The notes beneath the pieces are model-generated. The model worked only from the letters and a program-made list of their open reading frames with translations, did not search any database and was not told where the DNA came from. Position numbers and translations under genes: made by a program. From Macrostomum lignano (taxonomy: Eukaryota): a stretch of 64,000 nt of DNA. This document shows, one piece after another, positions 1-13,415 of the stretch (position 1 is the stretch's first letter; every line of letters begins with the position of its first letter). Where the stretch lies: positions 1 to 64,000 of the forward strand of contig NIVC01003776.1 in assembly GCA_002269645.1 (NCBI GenBank), written 5' to 3'.

Positions 1-403
1 CAGAAATGTCTATGGTACAATAACAGTATTAGCATTCTTATTATGAATTTACGAAGTCCGGACAGGCTCGATGGGGTTCATGTCTGGAGAGCCTTTGATC
101 GAATGTTAAAATGCGCGAAGTGCGTTGCGCAAACCCCCCCCCCAGTTCCCTCATGCGCTTTGCGCTGGCGTCTGGCTGCGCCAAAATTTGTGAATGAGTA
201 ATACACCGGTAATTCATTTTACAAAGCTATAAGGCTATGCCTAAAACAGTTCAGATCTACAGATTTTCAAAAAGATTTTCGAGACTTTCGGATGCCGAAT
301 GCCAAATATTCAAAAGGGCAACCAAGACTCTGCCGGATTCGTATTCCCTGGTGTAACCATGGCAACGCACTTCGACCTAATAATACGTTCGTAGATGCAC
401 AAA

Positions 404-724
404 ACCGGCGAGAGGCATTACTGCCCATTCAGCCGACTCCCCTGAGCAGGCACATAAGCTCGCGGATACCTCCGCAGTCATACGCACAGGCACACACTCA
501 CACACGAGTGTACAGCGGCCCTAACTGTATTTATCGTTAGGCATGTACACTTCACTGCGCCTTGGGGGGTTGGCTCTCAAGCTGGGCGTTGATTGCACGA
601 GCAGAGCCAAGCCGAGATTCCAAATTCCAATTTAGCCACAAATTAATGCGACTGCACTTGGAATCGAGCCTGGGCCACTGGCACGTCAGAGCGCCGCGCT
701 GGACCACTGGGGGGCTACGGCACC
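404..724 (-). mobile_element. tRNA-derived SINE, family A, most complete copy
   Basis: On - the 5' end reads GGTGCCGTAGCCCCCAGTGG...GGCTCGATTCCA: A-box-like at 717-705 and B-box-like GGCTCGATTCC at 671-661, with tRNA-like spacing of about 46 nt. The body recurs at 46891-47208, 53573-53886 and, diverged, at about 55930-56090. Confidence 0.75.
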
Positions 725-1494
725 CCCAAGTCTCAACCCTTGCATATGTTTCACTATCCTACATAGTGCAACAAAATTTGACAAGTGGAAAAAGCTACAA
801 TAAATTCTAGAATTTTATCCAAAGTTACATAATTTTAAGCATTCATCACTAATGGAAGAGTAGTATATATTGTATATACCGAATAATAACAATATTATTA
901 ATAGTATTATTATAATTAAACGTTAAATATGCAATTTCATATATCAATAAACACACAATTGTAGATTATGAATAAAATAGGCTAAATTTTTGAGTAAAAT
1001 TTGAGTATGATAAATTGAATCTTTTGCACAAATGATTGGCAAGATCTCACAATACTTATGTATGAAAAAACTGATTTAAGCAATTTAATAATATAGTAGC
1101 AAATATTAAACAAACATTACTGACAGTAGTATGAAATAAAACACAAACAATGAGAAAATTACTTTAAGTCAAACAAAATAACTCGAATAACCAAAGATAG
1201 TAGAACATTATATTCCAGAAAACATCTACACAGTAAAAGGCATGGTAATGTTCGTGTAATTTAATATGACAGGCATATGGTAAGCAACTGATTTTACATT
1301 TCTTTTCTAAGTAATAGTGAATATGCCAAGCAGTACATGCAAGAATAATAGTAGTAATAGTAATAATCTACTGTAACTCTCTGTGTAACGGCATAACAAA
1401 AATAGCAAATTTTAAATAACTGCTTCTTCGATAATTAATTTACTTAGAATGGCATGGACACTAATAGCAATAGTACAACCAGGTTACAGAAGAC

Positions 1495-2024
1495 AAGCGC
1501 GAGCTACAGAATCAGGAAAGCGGTGAAGCGCGAACTACAGAGTCAGGAATAAGAGGATAAGCGCGCACTTCAAAATCAAGAGTTTGGGATAAGCGCGCAG
1601 TTTAGAATCATGAGTTTGGATAAGCGCGAACTTTAGAATCATGAGTTTGGATAAGCGCGCACTTTTGAATCATGAGTTTGGGATAAGCGCGCACTTTAGA
1701 ATAAAGAGTTTGGGATAAGCGCGCACTTTAGAATCATGAGTTTGGGATAAGCGCTCACTTTAGAATCAAGAGTTTGGGATAAGCGCGAACTTTAGAATCA
1801 AGAGTTTGGATAAGCGCGCACTTTAGAATAAAGAGTTTGGGATAAGCGCGCACTTTAGAATCTAGAGTTTGGGATAAGCGCGCACTTTGGAATCTAGAGT
1901 TTGGGATAAGCGCGCACTTTAGAATCATGAGTTTGGGATAAGCGCGCACTTTAGAATCATGAGTTTGGGATAAGCGCGCACTTTAGAATCATGAGTTTGG
2001 GATAAGCGCGCACTTTAGAATCAT
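1495..2024. repeat. 33-bp minisatellite downstream of Raptor
   Basis: Tandem unit GATAAGCGCGCACTTTAGAATCATGAGTTTGG(G), degenerate at the left end. Confidence 0.95.
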
Positions 2025-2140
2025 AGAAAACAGTAATTTGCTAGTCGCTTGACCCGTAGATTGACGCAAAAAAACTGAAAATAAAAAGCTCAAGCATTAT
2101 TTTAAAGAAATAAACCAACATAGCAGCAGCAGTGCTCAGC

Positions 2141-5100
2141 CTACAGACCTACAGATGAATGAGCGGAGTACAGCGACAAGCAGCTATCCGTAGTGCTCAA
2201 CGCTAGCATGGGTTTCAACGGATGAAAAGCTACAGAGAATGGCCTGGCAATCTGCTGCAGCAGAGCTTCGTTAGCTCGAACAGCGGCCAGTTGAAAGCCG
2301 CCGGTAAACGATCTGACCGATAAAGTGCAGTCGGCTGTACCGACAGCGTAAACTGGACAGCGCGGATGAGCGGCGAAGCACGTGACCTGCTGCGGCGGTT
2401 GCTGCTGCTGAGGCGGCTGGTGGCTTTCTAGGAATTGCTGACCAGCTCGGCGAAGGTCCCAAAGTCGAACCAAGCCGCTAGCTGTGCAGGTTAGCAGCTG
2501 ATCAGGGTTGCTCGGGTTCAGACAGGCGCCAAGTACCAGATCGCCTGCTGGACTGCTCATTGCTGCTGCACCGCTGTTAGAGACTGTTGGGTAAAATTGC
2601 GAAAAGTAACAGTTTAAAGTGTTTACTGCGTCAATTGATATTCTCTCCTATCTACTCTCCATATCGACTCGCCCTACCAACTCTCCCTATCTACTCTACC
2701 TACCTACTCTCTGTCTACTCTCCTACCTACCCTCCCTAACTAATCTCCCTGCCTTCTCTCCCTGCCTTCTCTCCCTACCTACTTTCCCTACCTACTCTCC
2801 CTGCCTACTCTCCCTACCTACTCTCCCTACCTACTCTCCCTACCTACTCTCCCTATCTACTCTCCCTACCTACTCTCCCTACCTACTCTCCCTACCAACT
2901 CTCCCTACCTACTCTCCCTACCAACTCTCCCTACCTACTCTCCCTACCTACTCTCCCTACCTACTCTCCCTGCCTACTCTCCCTACCTACTCTCCCTACC
3001 TACTCTCCCTACCAACTCTCCCTACCTACTCTCCCTACCAACTCTCCCTACCTACTATCCCTACTTACTCTCCCTACTTACCCCCTCCAACGGGCACAGC
3101 GTCGGCCTGCACGCTGCAGACGCAGCACTGATTAGCCGGCGCCAACGGATCGAAGCATTTCACAATTCCATCGTCGAACCCGGCAATCAGCCGACCTCGC
3201 CCGGCCGACTCGTCCGAATAAGCCAGATGAGTGCAGGCGGCCGACTCGCACGGCAGATCGACGCACCGACGCTCGGCGTGGGCGTCAATTAATCGCAGAA
3301 ATCTGGCGTGACCGCCGAACGCCAAGCCGGCCTGCTGTTGTTGATTCCAAGCCATCGCTCTAAGCCGATCTGGCAGGCCAACGAAAGCCGAGATCAACTG
3401 CGGACTGCTATTGTAGGGGCAGGCATAGTTGCGCCATAGACGAACGCAGCCGTCTGACCAGGCGCAGGCCAGTAAAGAATCTTCCGTATGCCAGTTTACT
3501 AGCTGAATATCTACTAGGAAATTGCCGCCGCTGCCGCCGCCGACCATGCCGCCGTGGGCGCCGAACGAGTGCGAATGATGCGCCGGGGAGCTGGTCTGAC
3601 GCGAATGATGCTGATGCTGCAGCGAGCCCTGGTGCTGCCTGGTGTGGCCACCGAGACTGCCGCTAGCTGTTGAAATTGAGGGAGATAATTATAGATTAGC
3701 CAATGACCAATGACCATTCTATTATAGATTAGCTAATGACCAATGACCATTCTATTATAGATTAGCCAATGACCAATGACCATTCTATTATAGATTAGCC
3801 AATGACCAATGACCATTCTATTATAGATTAGCCAATGACCAATGACCATTCTATTATAGATTAGCTAATGACCAATGACCATTCTATTATAGATTAGCCA
3901 ATGACCAATGACCATTCTTTTATAGATTAGCCAATGACCAATGACCATTCTATTATAGATTAGCCAATGACCAATGACCATTCTATTATAGATTAGCCAA
4001 TAACTAATGACAAATCTATTATAGATTAGCCAATGACCAATCTAACTAGCTCCACAATGACCAATCTAATTAGCTCTACAATGACCAATCTAATTAGCTC
4101 CACAATGACCAATCTAACTTGCTTCACAATGACCAATCTAACTAGCTCCACAATGACCAATCTAATTAGCTCTACAATGACCAATCTAATCAAAATCACA
4201 ATGACCAATCAAATTAGCTCCACAATGATTTGACCAATCTAATCAAAATCACAATGACCAATCAAATTAGCTCCACAATGACCAATCTAACTAGCACCAC
4301 AATGACCAATCTAATCAAATTTACAATGACCAATCTAATTAGCTTTACAATGACCAATCTAACTAGCTCCACAATGACCAATCTAATTATGTCCACAATG
4401 ACCAATCTAATTAAATTCACAATGACCAATCTAATTAGCTTCACAATGACCAATCTAAACAGCTCTTCAATGACCAATTTAATTATCACCACAATGACCA
4501 ATCAAATTAACTCCACAATGACCAATCTAACTAGCTCCACAATGACCAATCTAATTATAACCACAATGACCAATCAAATTAGCTCCACAATGACCAATCT
4601 AACTAGCTTCACAATGACCAATCTAACTTGCTCCACAATGACCAATCTAACTTGCTCCACAATGACCAATCTAACTAGCTTCACAATGACCAATCTAACT
4701 TGCTCCACAATGACCAATCTAATTAAATTTACAATGATCAATCTAAACAGCTCCACAATGACCAATCTAATTAGCTCCACAATGACCAATCTAGTTAAAT
4801 TCACTATGACTAATCTAATTAGCTCCACAATGACCAATCTAACTAGCTCCACAATGACCAATCTAATTAGCTCCACAATGACCAATCTAAACAGCTCCGT
4901 AAGAAACTCACTTCCAGCAGTTAGGCCGCCGCTAGACCGACGACTGCCGCCGGCGGAGCCGCCGCCAAAGGCCAGCAAGTTGACGCCTGACTCGGCATTG
5001 AAAGAGGCCAACCTACACAGATCAGGGTCCAGCACTTGTACGCTAGAATCGTCGCACAGCAATAACTGAGCCAACAAAGGATGGAAATGCAGGCTAACAG

Positions 5101-8100
5101 CCGGGGACTGCACAGTTCGGGTGCTTCGCAAAGCGAATTGTACTGAGCGACCGCCGCTACCAGCGGTTGCCAAGGCGACAGCGTCCTGAGCGGCCAGCCG
5201 ATGCAGACTATGCAATAGCAGGCAGCTGAGCTCGCGGCTTTGAAAATTAGCAGACAAAGGATCGGATTCCGTTGACAAGTCAGCTTGAGCTTGAGAAGCC
5301 ATCGGCCTAGCAAATTGTGCGCAACAATATTCGAATAGTTTAGTTGTCAAGGGCTCGTTCGATACAACTGACGCAGCCGCGGCGCTTCTTGAACTCCAGT
5401 CGGCAGTTGAATAACTTGTCGTCGCCTCGTTAGCGGCCCCGGCGCTGTCGCTTTGACGACGAACTAAACCGACTAGGCCAGAGCGTCGATTGCCGCCGGT
5501 TGCCCCTGGCGACGGGGAGCGTCGTCGACTGTCTAAATTATCCATCATGCCCAGTAGTATCCGGGTAGCAAACCGATTAGTAGAAATTGCTCCGGTTAGC
5601 GGAGTTGGCGGACTCCTACTGCTCAAATGATGATGATGCTGATGATGCTGCAGGCCTAGATGTCGCTGTAATTTAGGACTGCCAGGCACGCTGCCAGAGG
5701 TGGAATCCTCTGCTGGCCGACTCGAACTCAATACTGCTGCAGAGGATACTCTAGGAAATGTGCCATTGTTTGACAGTTTGGCATGAGTCTGCTGTTGCTG
5801 CTGCTGCTGCTGGCTCTGCTGCTGCTGTCCAGGCTTGGCGTATTGCTCCAGAATGCGTTGATCTTTGCGCAGTTTTTCAGATACACGAGAATAGACACTC
5901 TGGACTAGAGTGCCGGCCATCGACTGTACCTGTACATTGTTTCATTCATATGGGTTGACTTTTTTATAGTTTAAGAACTAGGTACGAGTATAAGCATTAT
6001 CTATAGGTAAACAGCGTGTATCCAATGTAAACAGACTGTATCTATGGGTAAACAGTGTGTATCCAATGTAAACAGACCGTATCTATGGGTAAACAGTGTG
6101 TATCCAATGTAAACAGTCTGTATCTATGGGTAAACAGCGTTTATCCAATGTAAACAGACTGTATCTATGGGTAAACAGTGTTTATTCAATGTAAACAGAA
6201 TGTATCTATGGGTTAACAGTGTGTATCTAATGTAAACAGTCTGTATCTATGGGTAAACAGTGTGTATTCAATGTAAACAGAATGTATCTATGGGTTAACA
6301 GTGTGTATTCAATGTAAACAGAATGTATCTATGGGTAAACAGTGTGTATTCAATGTAAACAGAATGTATCTATGGGTTAACAGTGTGTATTCAATGTAAA
6401 CAGTCTGTATCTATGGGTAAAAAGTGTGTATCCAATGTAAACAGTGTGTATCTAATGTAAACAGACCGCTGTATCTATGGGTTAACAGCGTGTATCCAAT
6501 GTAAACAGATTGTATCTATGGGTAAACAGTGTGTATCCAATGTAAACAGACCGCTGTATCTATGGGTAAACAGTGTGTATCCAATGTAAACAGTCCGTAT
6601 CTATAGGTAAACAGTCTGTATCTACAGGTAAACAGTCTGTATCTATAGGTAAACAGTCCGTATCTATAGGTAAACAGTCCGTATCTATAGGTAAACAGTC
6701 CGTATCTATAGGTAAACAGTCCGTATCTATAGGTAAACAGTCCGTATCTATAGGTAGACAGGCCGTATCCAATGTAAACAAGCCGTATCTACGGGTAAAA
6801 GTCCGTATCTACGGGTAAACAGACTCGCATCCAACATAAACAGCCCGTATCCAATGTAAACAGCCAGTTGCTAAGCACCCAAGCTACAAACCTGCGGCGC
6901 CGGGTCCCGATGCAGGAAGCAGAGAGATCGCCAGACCTGCTGATAGACGTTGCCAGATTTGAGCAGGCCGGCAAACGGTTGAGCAGTGGTTGGGCGTTTC
7001 AACCTGCGCCACCGCTCCGTATCCTCAATCTGTTGGATAACCACTGCAATCATTTCGTTCTCGAATAGTCGGGTAAAAGCGGCCAAAGCGCAGACTAATT
7101 CGCAGCGAACCAAAGCCGAGCAATCTGACAGAGACCGCTGAAGCAGTCTGAGTACAATAGTCTGATCATTGCTACCGCTTAGATCCGAAGCGCGCAGACT
7201 CTGCTGTTCGGCGCTATTGCTGCCACTAGAAGCAGAAGACTGTTGTTGCGCAGAAGCATTAGCACTGTTATTGACATTGTCCATATAAGCTGCTAAAGCG
7301 TGCACGCAAGCCGCTCGAACTTTCGGTTGTCGATCGTCTAGAAGAGGCTCGTAGCCGTAGGCGGCGCTGGACGAGTACAGAGCTTCGTAGGCCGAACTGC
7401 GGGCTCCGTGCGATCTGCCCGGCTCATAGTTGGCCCAGATCTTGGCTAGGCAGAACACTAGAAACAGGCGATAGGTGACAGCCGGCAGGGCTTGGTCCAG
7501 CCGGACAGCTGGATCGTCAAGGTGCTCCAGTATAGTGCAGATCAGATTGCTGCGAATGCAGATCTCCTTAGCTTCAACAGATCGATTCATTAATCTAGCT
7601 AGTACGAACGCGGCCATGCCTCTTATTGACAAAGATTTCGGTGTAGTTAAAGGAGCAGGATCTTGTAGTACGTTGATAAAATAGCGAATATTGTCCTCTT
7701 TGACTAGGTCAAGCACTAGATTAGTGGAATGCTCAACCGCTACTATCTTAGCCCAGATGAATACTAGTTCCTCTTTCATATCTTTGCCTCCGTTCAGCAG
7801 CTTCAAGATGTAGGGAAAGGTGCCTACTGATAGGGTCTGATACACCGCATCGGGACCCAGATCCAGGTAGGAGCACAGAAGCTTCAGCGCTTTAGGCCTG
7901 TAGTACTGGGATAGCAGCACCTGCGATAGGGTTATAAAATAAAGCAGATCATGATTTCTTAGAAACAAACCAAAACTCTAAATCTAGTCAAACAGACTCT
8001 CAATCTAGCTAAACAAAGAAGTTTAATATAGCCAAATAAAGACTAGCAATCTAGCCAAACAAAGACAAAAATGTTGCCAAACAGACTAACAATCTAGCCA

Positions 8101-11100
8101 AACAAAGACTACTAATCTATCTAAACAAAGACTTTTTATATAGCCAAATTAGGACCACTAATCTATCCAAACAAAGACTCTTAATATAGCCAAACAAAGA
8201 CTACCAATCTAGCCAAACAAAGACTACTAAGATAGCCAAACAGAACCTATCAATGTACTCGAACAAAGACTACTAATGTAGCTAAACAAACACTTTTAAT
8301 ACAGCCAAACAAAGACTATCGATCTGACTAAACAAAGAATTTTAATATAGCCAAACAAAGATTAAAAATGTAGCCAAACAAAGATTAAAAATGTAGCCAA
8401 ACAAAGACTACTAATCTAGCCAAACAGGAACTACCATCTACTCAAACAAAGACTACCAATACAGCTTAACCAAAGTGATCAATCTAGCCAAACCAAGACT
8501 ACCAATATAGATAAACCAAGACTATCATTCTATTGAGTTAAACAAAGGCTAAAAATCAATCTAACTCAGTTCCATATAAATACATACATCTATCTACATG
8601 AATGTACTAAACAATGCACAAACTAACCTGCAGCACAATGGGCAGATGCCAGGCGTCAGCTGGCGTCTTGCTGCCGGCAGATTTGAGCCAGACTTCAAAG
8701 CTAGCCAAATGATCGGCAAAAAACGAGCAAGTTTTGTAGGGCACCTGAAGCAGCGGGCCAGACTCCGGATCTGGCATAGTCGATTGATGCAGATGCTGCT
8801 GATGATGATGATGATGATACTGGTGGTGATGGTGCTGCTGTTGTTGCTGCTGTTGCGCCTGAGCCTCGTGATTGCTAATCCATCGATGCACGTCCGGTAA
8901 TTGGCGCATAAAATCGTCTACAACGTGATCCCAAGCCGACCACAGCGGATGCTTGTGCATGGGCGGCAGCAGCGGATGAGTCACTGGGGTGCAGCCGTAG
9001 CTGACGAGAACTCGTTCGGCTAGTAGGAAGTTGCGAAACAATGACGCCAATAGGGTGTCGTAACGGAACAGCCGGTGGAACAGGTCTCTGTGCGGATGGA
9101 TAGGGTAATTGTGAGTAAGAAGCGTTCATAAGACCCTTCGAGGGCCGATTTCTTATATAATTCAAAGCCGATTTTTTCCATATTTGAAGGCCGATTATGT
9201 CCAAATTTGAAGGCCGATTTCTTACATATTTGAAGGCTGATTTTCTTACATAATTGAAGATCGATTTTTACATAATTGAGGGCCGATTCAAAATAATTGA
9301 AGGCCGATTCTACATAATTAAAGGTCGGTTTTACATAATCGAGGGCTGATTTTTTACATAATTTAAGGCCGATTTTTACACAATGGAAGGCCGACTTCTC
9401 ACAAAATTGAAGGCCGATTTCTCACATAATTAAAGGCCGATTCTAAATAATTAAAGGCCAATTTATTACATAATTGAAGACCGATTCTTACTTAAATGAG
9501 GGCCGATTTTTTTACCTAATTGAGAGCCGATTTTTCACATATTTAAAAGCTTATTTTTACACAATAGAAGGCCGATTTCTTACATAATTGAATGCCAATT
9601 TCTTACATAATTGAATGCTAATTTCTTACATAATTGAATGCTAATTTCTTACATAATTGAATGCCAATTTCTTACATAATTGAATGCTAATTTCTTACAT
9701 AATTGAATGCTAATTTCTTACATAATTGAATGCCAATTTCATACATAATTGAATGCCGATTTCTTACATAATTGAATGCCAATTTCATACATAATTGAAT
9801 GTCAATTTCTTACATAATTGAATGTCAATTTCTTACATAATTGAATGCCAATTTCTTACATAATTGAATGCCGATTTCTTACATAATTGAATGCCGATTT
9901 CTTACATAATTGAATGCCGATTTCTTACATAATTGAATGCCGATTTCTTACATAATTGAATGCCGATTTCTTACATAATTGATTGCCGATTTCTTACATA
10001 ATTGATTGCCGATTTCTTACATAATTGAATGTCTATTTCTTACATAATTGAAAGCCGATTTAAAAAAAGAAAATTGGTTTGTAACATTCCAACAGCCTCA
10101 CCTAGGAATAGAATTATAAGCGATAGTATCCGTAACGGCAGTGAAAATCCAATTCAATTCTCCCAGCATAGATTTTCGCTCAGACAACTTGCCGGGTATA
10201 TTAGACAGCATAGCCAGAGTTAGATCTGGAGATAGCCTATTACTGTAGCGAATCCAGTACCAATGCAGAGCCGCCTTAATAGGCGTAGTCAGGCAGGCAG
10301 TAAACAAATCAGCAGGTAAGTCCGGATTCATTGGCAAAAATTCGTCAACACCGCAAGAGCACAATAATATCGAATTTTCCATGCTAACTTCGCTACCAGT
10401 TGAATAGGCGCACGAACTGCCGCCGCTGGATTTCTGCTGCTGATATTGTTCAGATTGTTCCCAATCTTGGCGGCGTCGCTCGCAGAACGCTTCGTAGGAT
10501 TTTAATACCTGCGTTTGGGGAGATTATTGGTATGAGGAACAGGTGAGATTATTTTGATTTGCAAATGACAATATTAGCTTTATTACCCAGATGTACACGT
10601 GAGATAATTGGCTTTATTAGCCGGATGTACAAGTGAGATAATTAGCTTTATTACCCGGATGTACAAGCGAGATAATTAGCTTTATTACCCAGGTGTACAA
10701 GTGAGATAATTAGCTTTATTACCCTGATTTACAGGTGAGATAATTAGCTCTGCTATCCGGATGTACAGGTGAGATAATTAGTTTTAATCACCTGAATGTA
10801 CAAGTGAGATAATTAGCTTTATTACCCGGATGTACAAGTGAGATAATTAGCTTTATTATCCGGATGTACAAGTGAGATAATTAGCTTTATTACCCGGATG
10901 TACAAGTGAGATAATTAGCTTTATTACCCGGATGTACAAGTGAGATAATTAGCTTTATTACCCGGATGTACAAGTGAGATAATTAGCTTTATTACCCAGG
11001 TGTACAAGTGAGATAATTAGCTTTATTACCCTGATTTACAGGTGAGATAATTAGCTCTGCTATCCGGATGTACAGGTGAGATAATTAGTTTTATTACCTG

Positions 11101-12405
11101 AATGTACAAGTGAGACAATTAACTTTATTACCCGGATGTACATATTTCAAAAAAGGTACACAGGAAGGTAAGCTAAACGCACCTGCCCTGCATTGTGACA
11201 GTCGATAACGTAGACGGAAGGCGAGCCAAGCCAGGACTGCAGGTCATACAAGGACAACGGTATGTACTGGGTAAAGTTTCGATTAAATACCCAAGTCTCG
11301 CCATTCTTAGTAGGCCTGGGCACTCCGTGGCCATTGAAATGGAACAGTATCCTGTCCTGTCTGGCGGTTCTACGCAAACTCAAACACTGCTTTTTCACTT
11401 CGTCGACAGTTGGATCGTTGCAAGTTTTATAACGAATTTTAGAATTCCACCGTTTGTATTGATTAACTAATAAGGTGGAAATTTCTTCAACCGCTTTGTT
11501 AGGATTCTTGCCCGAAGGATCGTACCAACAGTGTTGAACAGCGCTTGGTACCGGCTTCTGCACGTCCGGGGGGTCCGTGTCAACGTTCAGGCACAGGACT
11601 AGCAGTACGTTGGTGATTCGAACCTGGGTCCAAATGTTTGCGACAATAGGGGAAATCAATAATATTAAGGGCCCCTGAAGATGACTCTTCCTAAATAGGG
11701 GTGTGAAGGCGATTCTTCTGGGGATTATGAAGGCGATTCCTCTGGGATTATGAAGGCGATTCCTCTGGGGATTATGAAGGCGATTCCTCTGGGGATTATG
11801 AAGGCGATTCCTCTGGGGATTGTGAAGGCGATTCCTCTGGGGATTGTGAAGGCGATTCTTCCAGAGGGTGTGAAGATGATTCTTCTGGGGTGTGAAGATA
11901 ATTCTTTTGAGGTATGAAGGCGATTCTTCCAGAGGGTGTGAAGATGATTCTTCTGGGGTGTGAAGATAATTCTTTTGAGGTATGAAGGCGATTCTTCCAG
12001 AGGGTGTGAAGATAATTCTTTTGAGGTGTGAAGGCGATTCTTCCAGAGGGTGTGAAGATGATTCTTTCCAGAAGTTTTGAACGTGATTCCTGAGTAGAAT
12101 ATAGTCCAAATAATTTCCGACTGTGCTTAAGTTACAGATAATTATTATAAACGAGTCAGAAATGCCTCTAAGAAATTATCGATGTAGAAACAAACTAAAA
12201 TTTCTTAAGAGTTGTAGACGCTAACCTTAGTCCCGTAACGCCAACTCTCCGCTATGCCTTCTACGCCGTTGGTTTCTTCGTGCAAATGGGGCGACGCAAA
12301 GGCTAAGGGAATGTTCCACTCTGGCAGGCTGCGGGCCAAGCCAATGGGATAGCAGGCCAATTCCGCTTCGTCCACTCGTTTGGCGTCTTCTTCGTACAAG
12401 TGCAT
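2141..12405 (-). CDS. RPTOR: Regulatory-associated protein of mTOR (Raptor), 8 exons, 1520 aa
   Basis: Exons on -: 12226-12405, 11183-11623, 10102-10508, 8628-9087, 6892-7920, 4912-5929, 3082-3666, 2141-2583. All introns are GT-AG, phases are consistent, total 4563 nt ending in TAG. Motifs: WNIPLAF, LCLNVDTDPPD, FNGHGVPRPTKNGE..VFNRNFTQYIPLSLYDLQSWLGSPSVYVIDC (RNC/caspase-like domain), LPADLFTACLTTPIK, ELNWIFTAVTDTIA, ASLFRNFLLAER, LPIVLQVLLSQ, HEAT/ARM region and C-terminal WD40 region. Confidence 0.97.
2645..3078. repeat. 13-bp minisatellite, Raptor intron 7
   Basis: (CTACTCTCCCTAC)n. Confidence 0.95.
3688..4897. repeat. Compound 33-bp then 24-bp minisatellite, Raptor intron 6
   Basis: ATTAGCCAATGACCAATGACCATTCTATTATAG to about 4032, then ACAATGACCAATCTAATTAGCTCC. 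The two units share CAATGACCA. Confidence 0.95.
6004..6863. repeat. 20/21-bp minisatellite, Raptor intron 5
   Basis: GTAAACAGTCTGTATCTATGG alternating with GTAAACAGTGTGTATCCAAT, then homogeneous 21-mers. Confidence 0.95.
7985..8530. repeat. Degenerate ~23-bp minisatellite, Raptor intron 4
   Basis: AGCCAAACAAAGACTACTAATCT-like units. Confidence 0.85.
9135..10065. repeat. 23-bp minisatellite, Raptor intron 3
   Basis: TTGAATGCCGATTTCTTACATAA; degenerate on the left, homogeneous on the right. Confidence 0.95.
10540..11140. repeat. 34-bp minisatellite, Raptor intron 2
   Basis: GTGAGATAATTAGCTTTATTACCCGGATGTACAA. Confidence 0.95.
11700..12065. repeat. ~24-bp minisatellite, Raptor intron 1
   Basis: GAAGGCGATTCCTCTGGGGATTAT and variants. 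Confidence 0.9.
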
Positions 12406-12564
12406 GCGGGTACTGCTCGGGGCGGGAAATGGGGATTAACTATTTGTGACGAGAATGTATTTAGACAGACCTATCACATATGACCCCAATTATTAAAATA
12501 TGATGCCAACTCCCTAGAATCCCTGGCAAAGACCCAAAATCACTCATGAATTAAAATACTTTGC

Positions 12565-13415
12565 TATGATCCAAACTAACTGGCTATGATCCAAACTAAC
12601 TGGCTATGATGCAAACTAACTGACTATGATCCAAACTAACTGGCTATGATCCAAACTAACTGAATATGATCCAAACTAACTGGCTATGGTCCAAACTAAC
12701 TGGCTATGATCCAAACTAACTGGCTATGATCCAAACTAACTGGCTATGATCCAAACTAACTGGCTATGATCCAAACTAACTGACTATGATCCAAACTAAC
12801 TGGCTATGATCCAAACTAACTGGCTATGATCCAAACTAACTGGCTATGATCCAAACTAACTGGCTATGATCCAAACTAACTGGCTATGATCCAAACTAAC
12901 TGGCTATGATCCAAACTAACTGGCTATGATCCAAACTAACTGGCTATGATCCAAACTAACTGGCTATGATCCAAACTAACTGGCTATGATCCAAACTAAC
13001 TAGCCATGATCCAAACTAACTGGCTATGATCCAAACTAACTGGCTATGATCCAAACTAACTGGCTATGATCCAAAGTAACTTATGATCTAACTGATCCAA
13101 ACTAACTGGCTATGATCCAAACTAACTGGCTATGATCTAAACTAACTGGCTATGATCCAAACTAACTGGCTATGATCCAAACTAACTGAATATGATCCAA
13201 ACTAACTGGCTATGGTCCAAACTAACTGGCTATGATCCAAACTAACTGGCTATGATCCAAACTAACTGGCTATGATCCAAACTAACTGGCTATGATCCAA
13301 ACTAACTGGCTATGATCCAAACTAACTGGCTATGATCCAAACTAACTAGCCATGATCCAAACTAAATGGCTATGATCCAAACTAACTAGCCATGATCCAA
13401 ACTAAATGGCTATGA
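12565..13415. repeat. 20-bp minisatellite upstream of the Raptor start codon
   Basis: (CTATGATCCAAACTAACTGG)n; a variant block recurs at about 12655 and 13185. Confidence 0.95.

Noticed and set aside
292-810. ORFs 292-540 and 562-810 (also 53572-54000) as genes
   Set aside because: They overlap SINE family A copies; the same pseudo-peptide recurs at each copy with different stops.
2584-12225. Idea that intronic repeat units are multimerised branch points
   Set aside because: CTAAT/CTGAT occurs in the sense strand of some units (Raptor introns 2 and 6, aminopeptidase intron 4) but not others (Raptor introns 4 and 7), so it is not a general rule.
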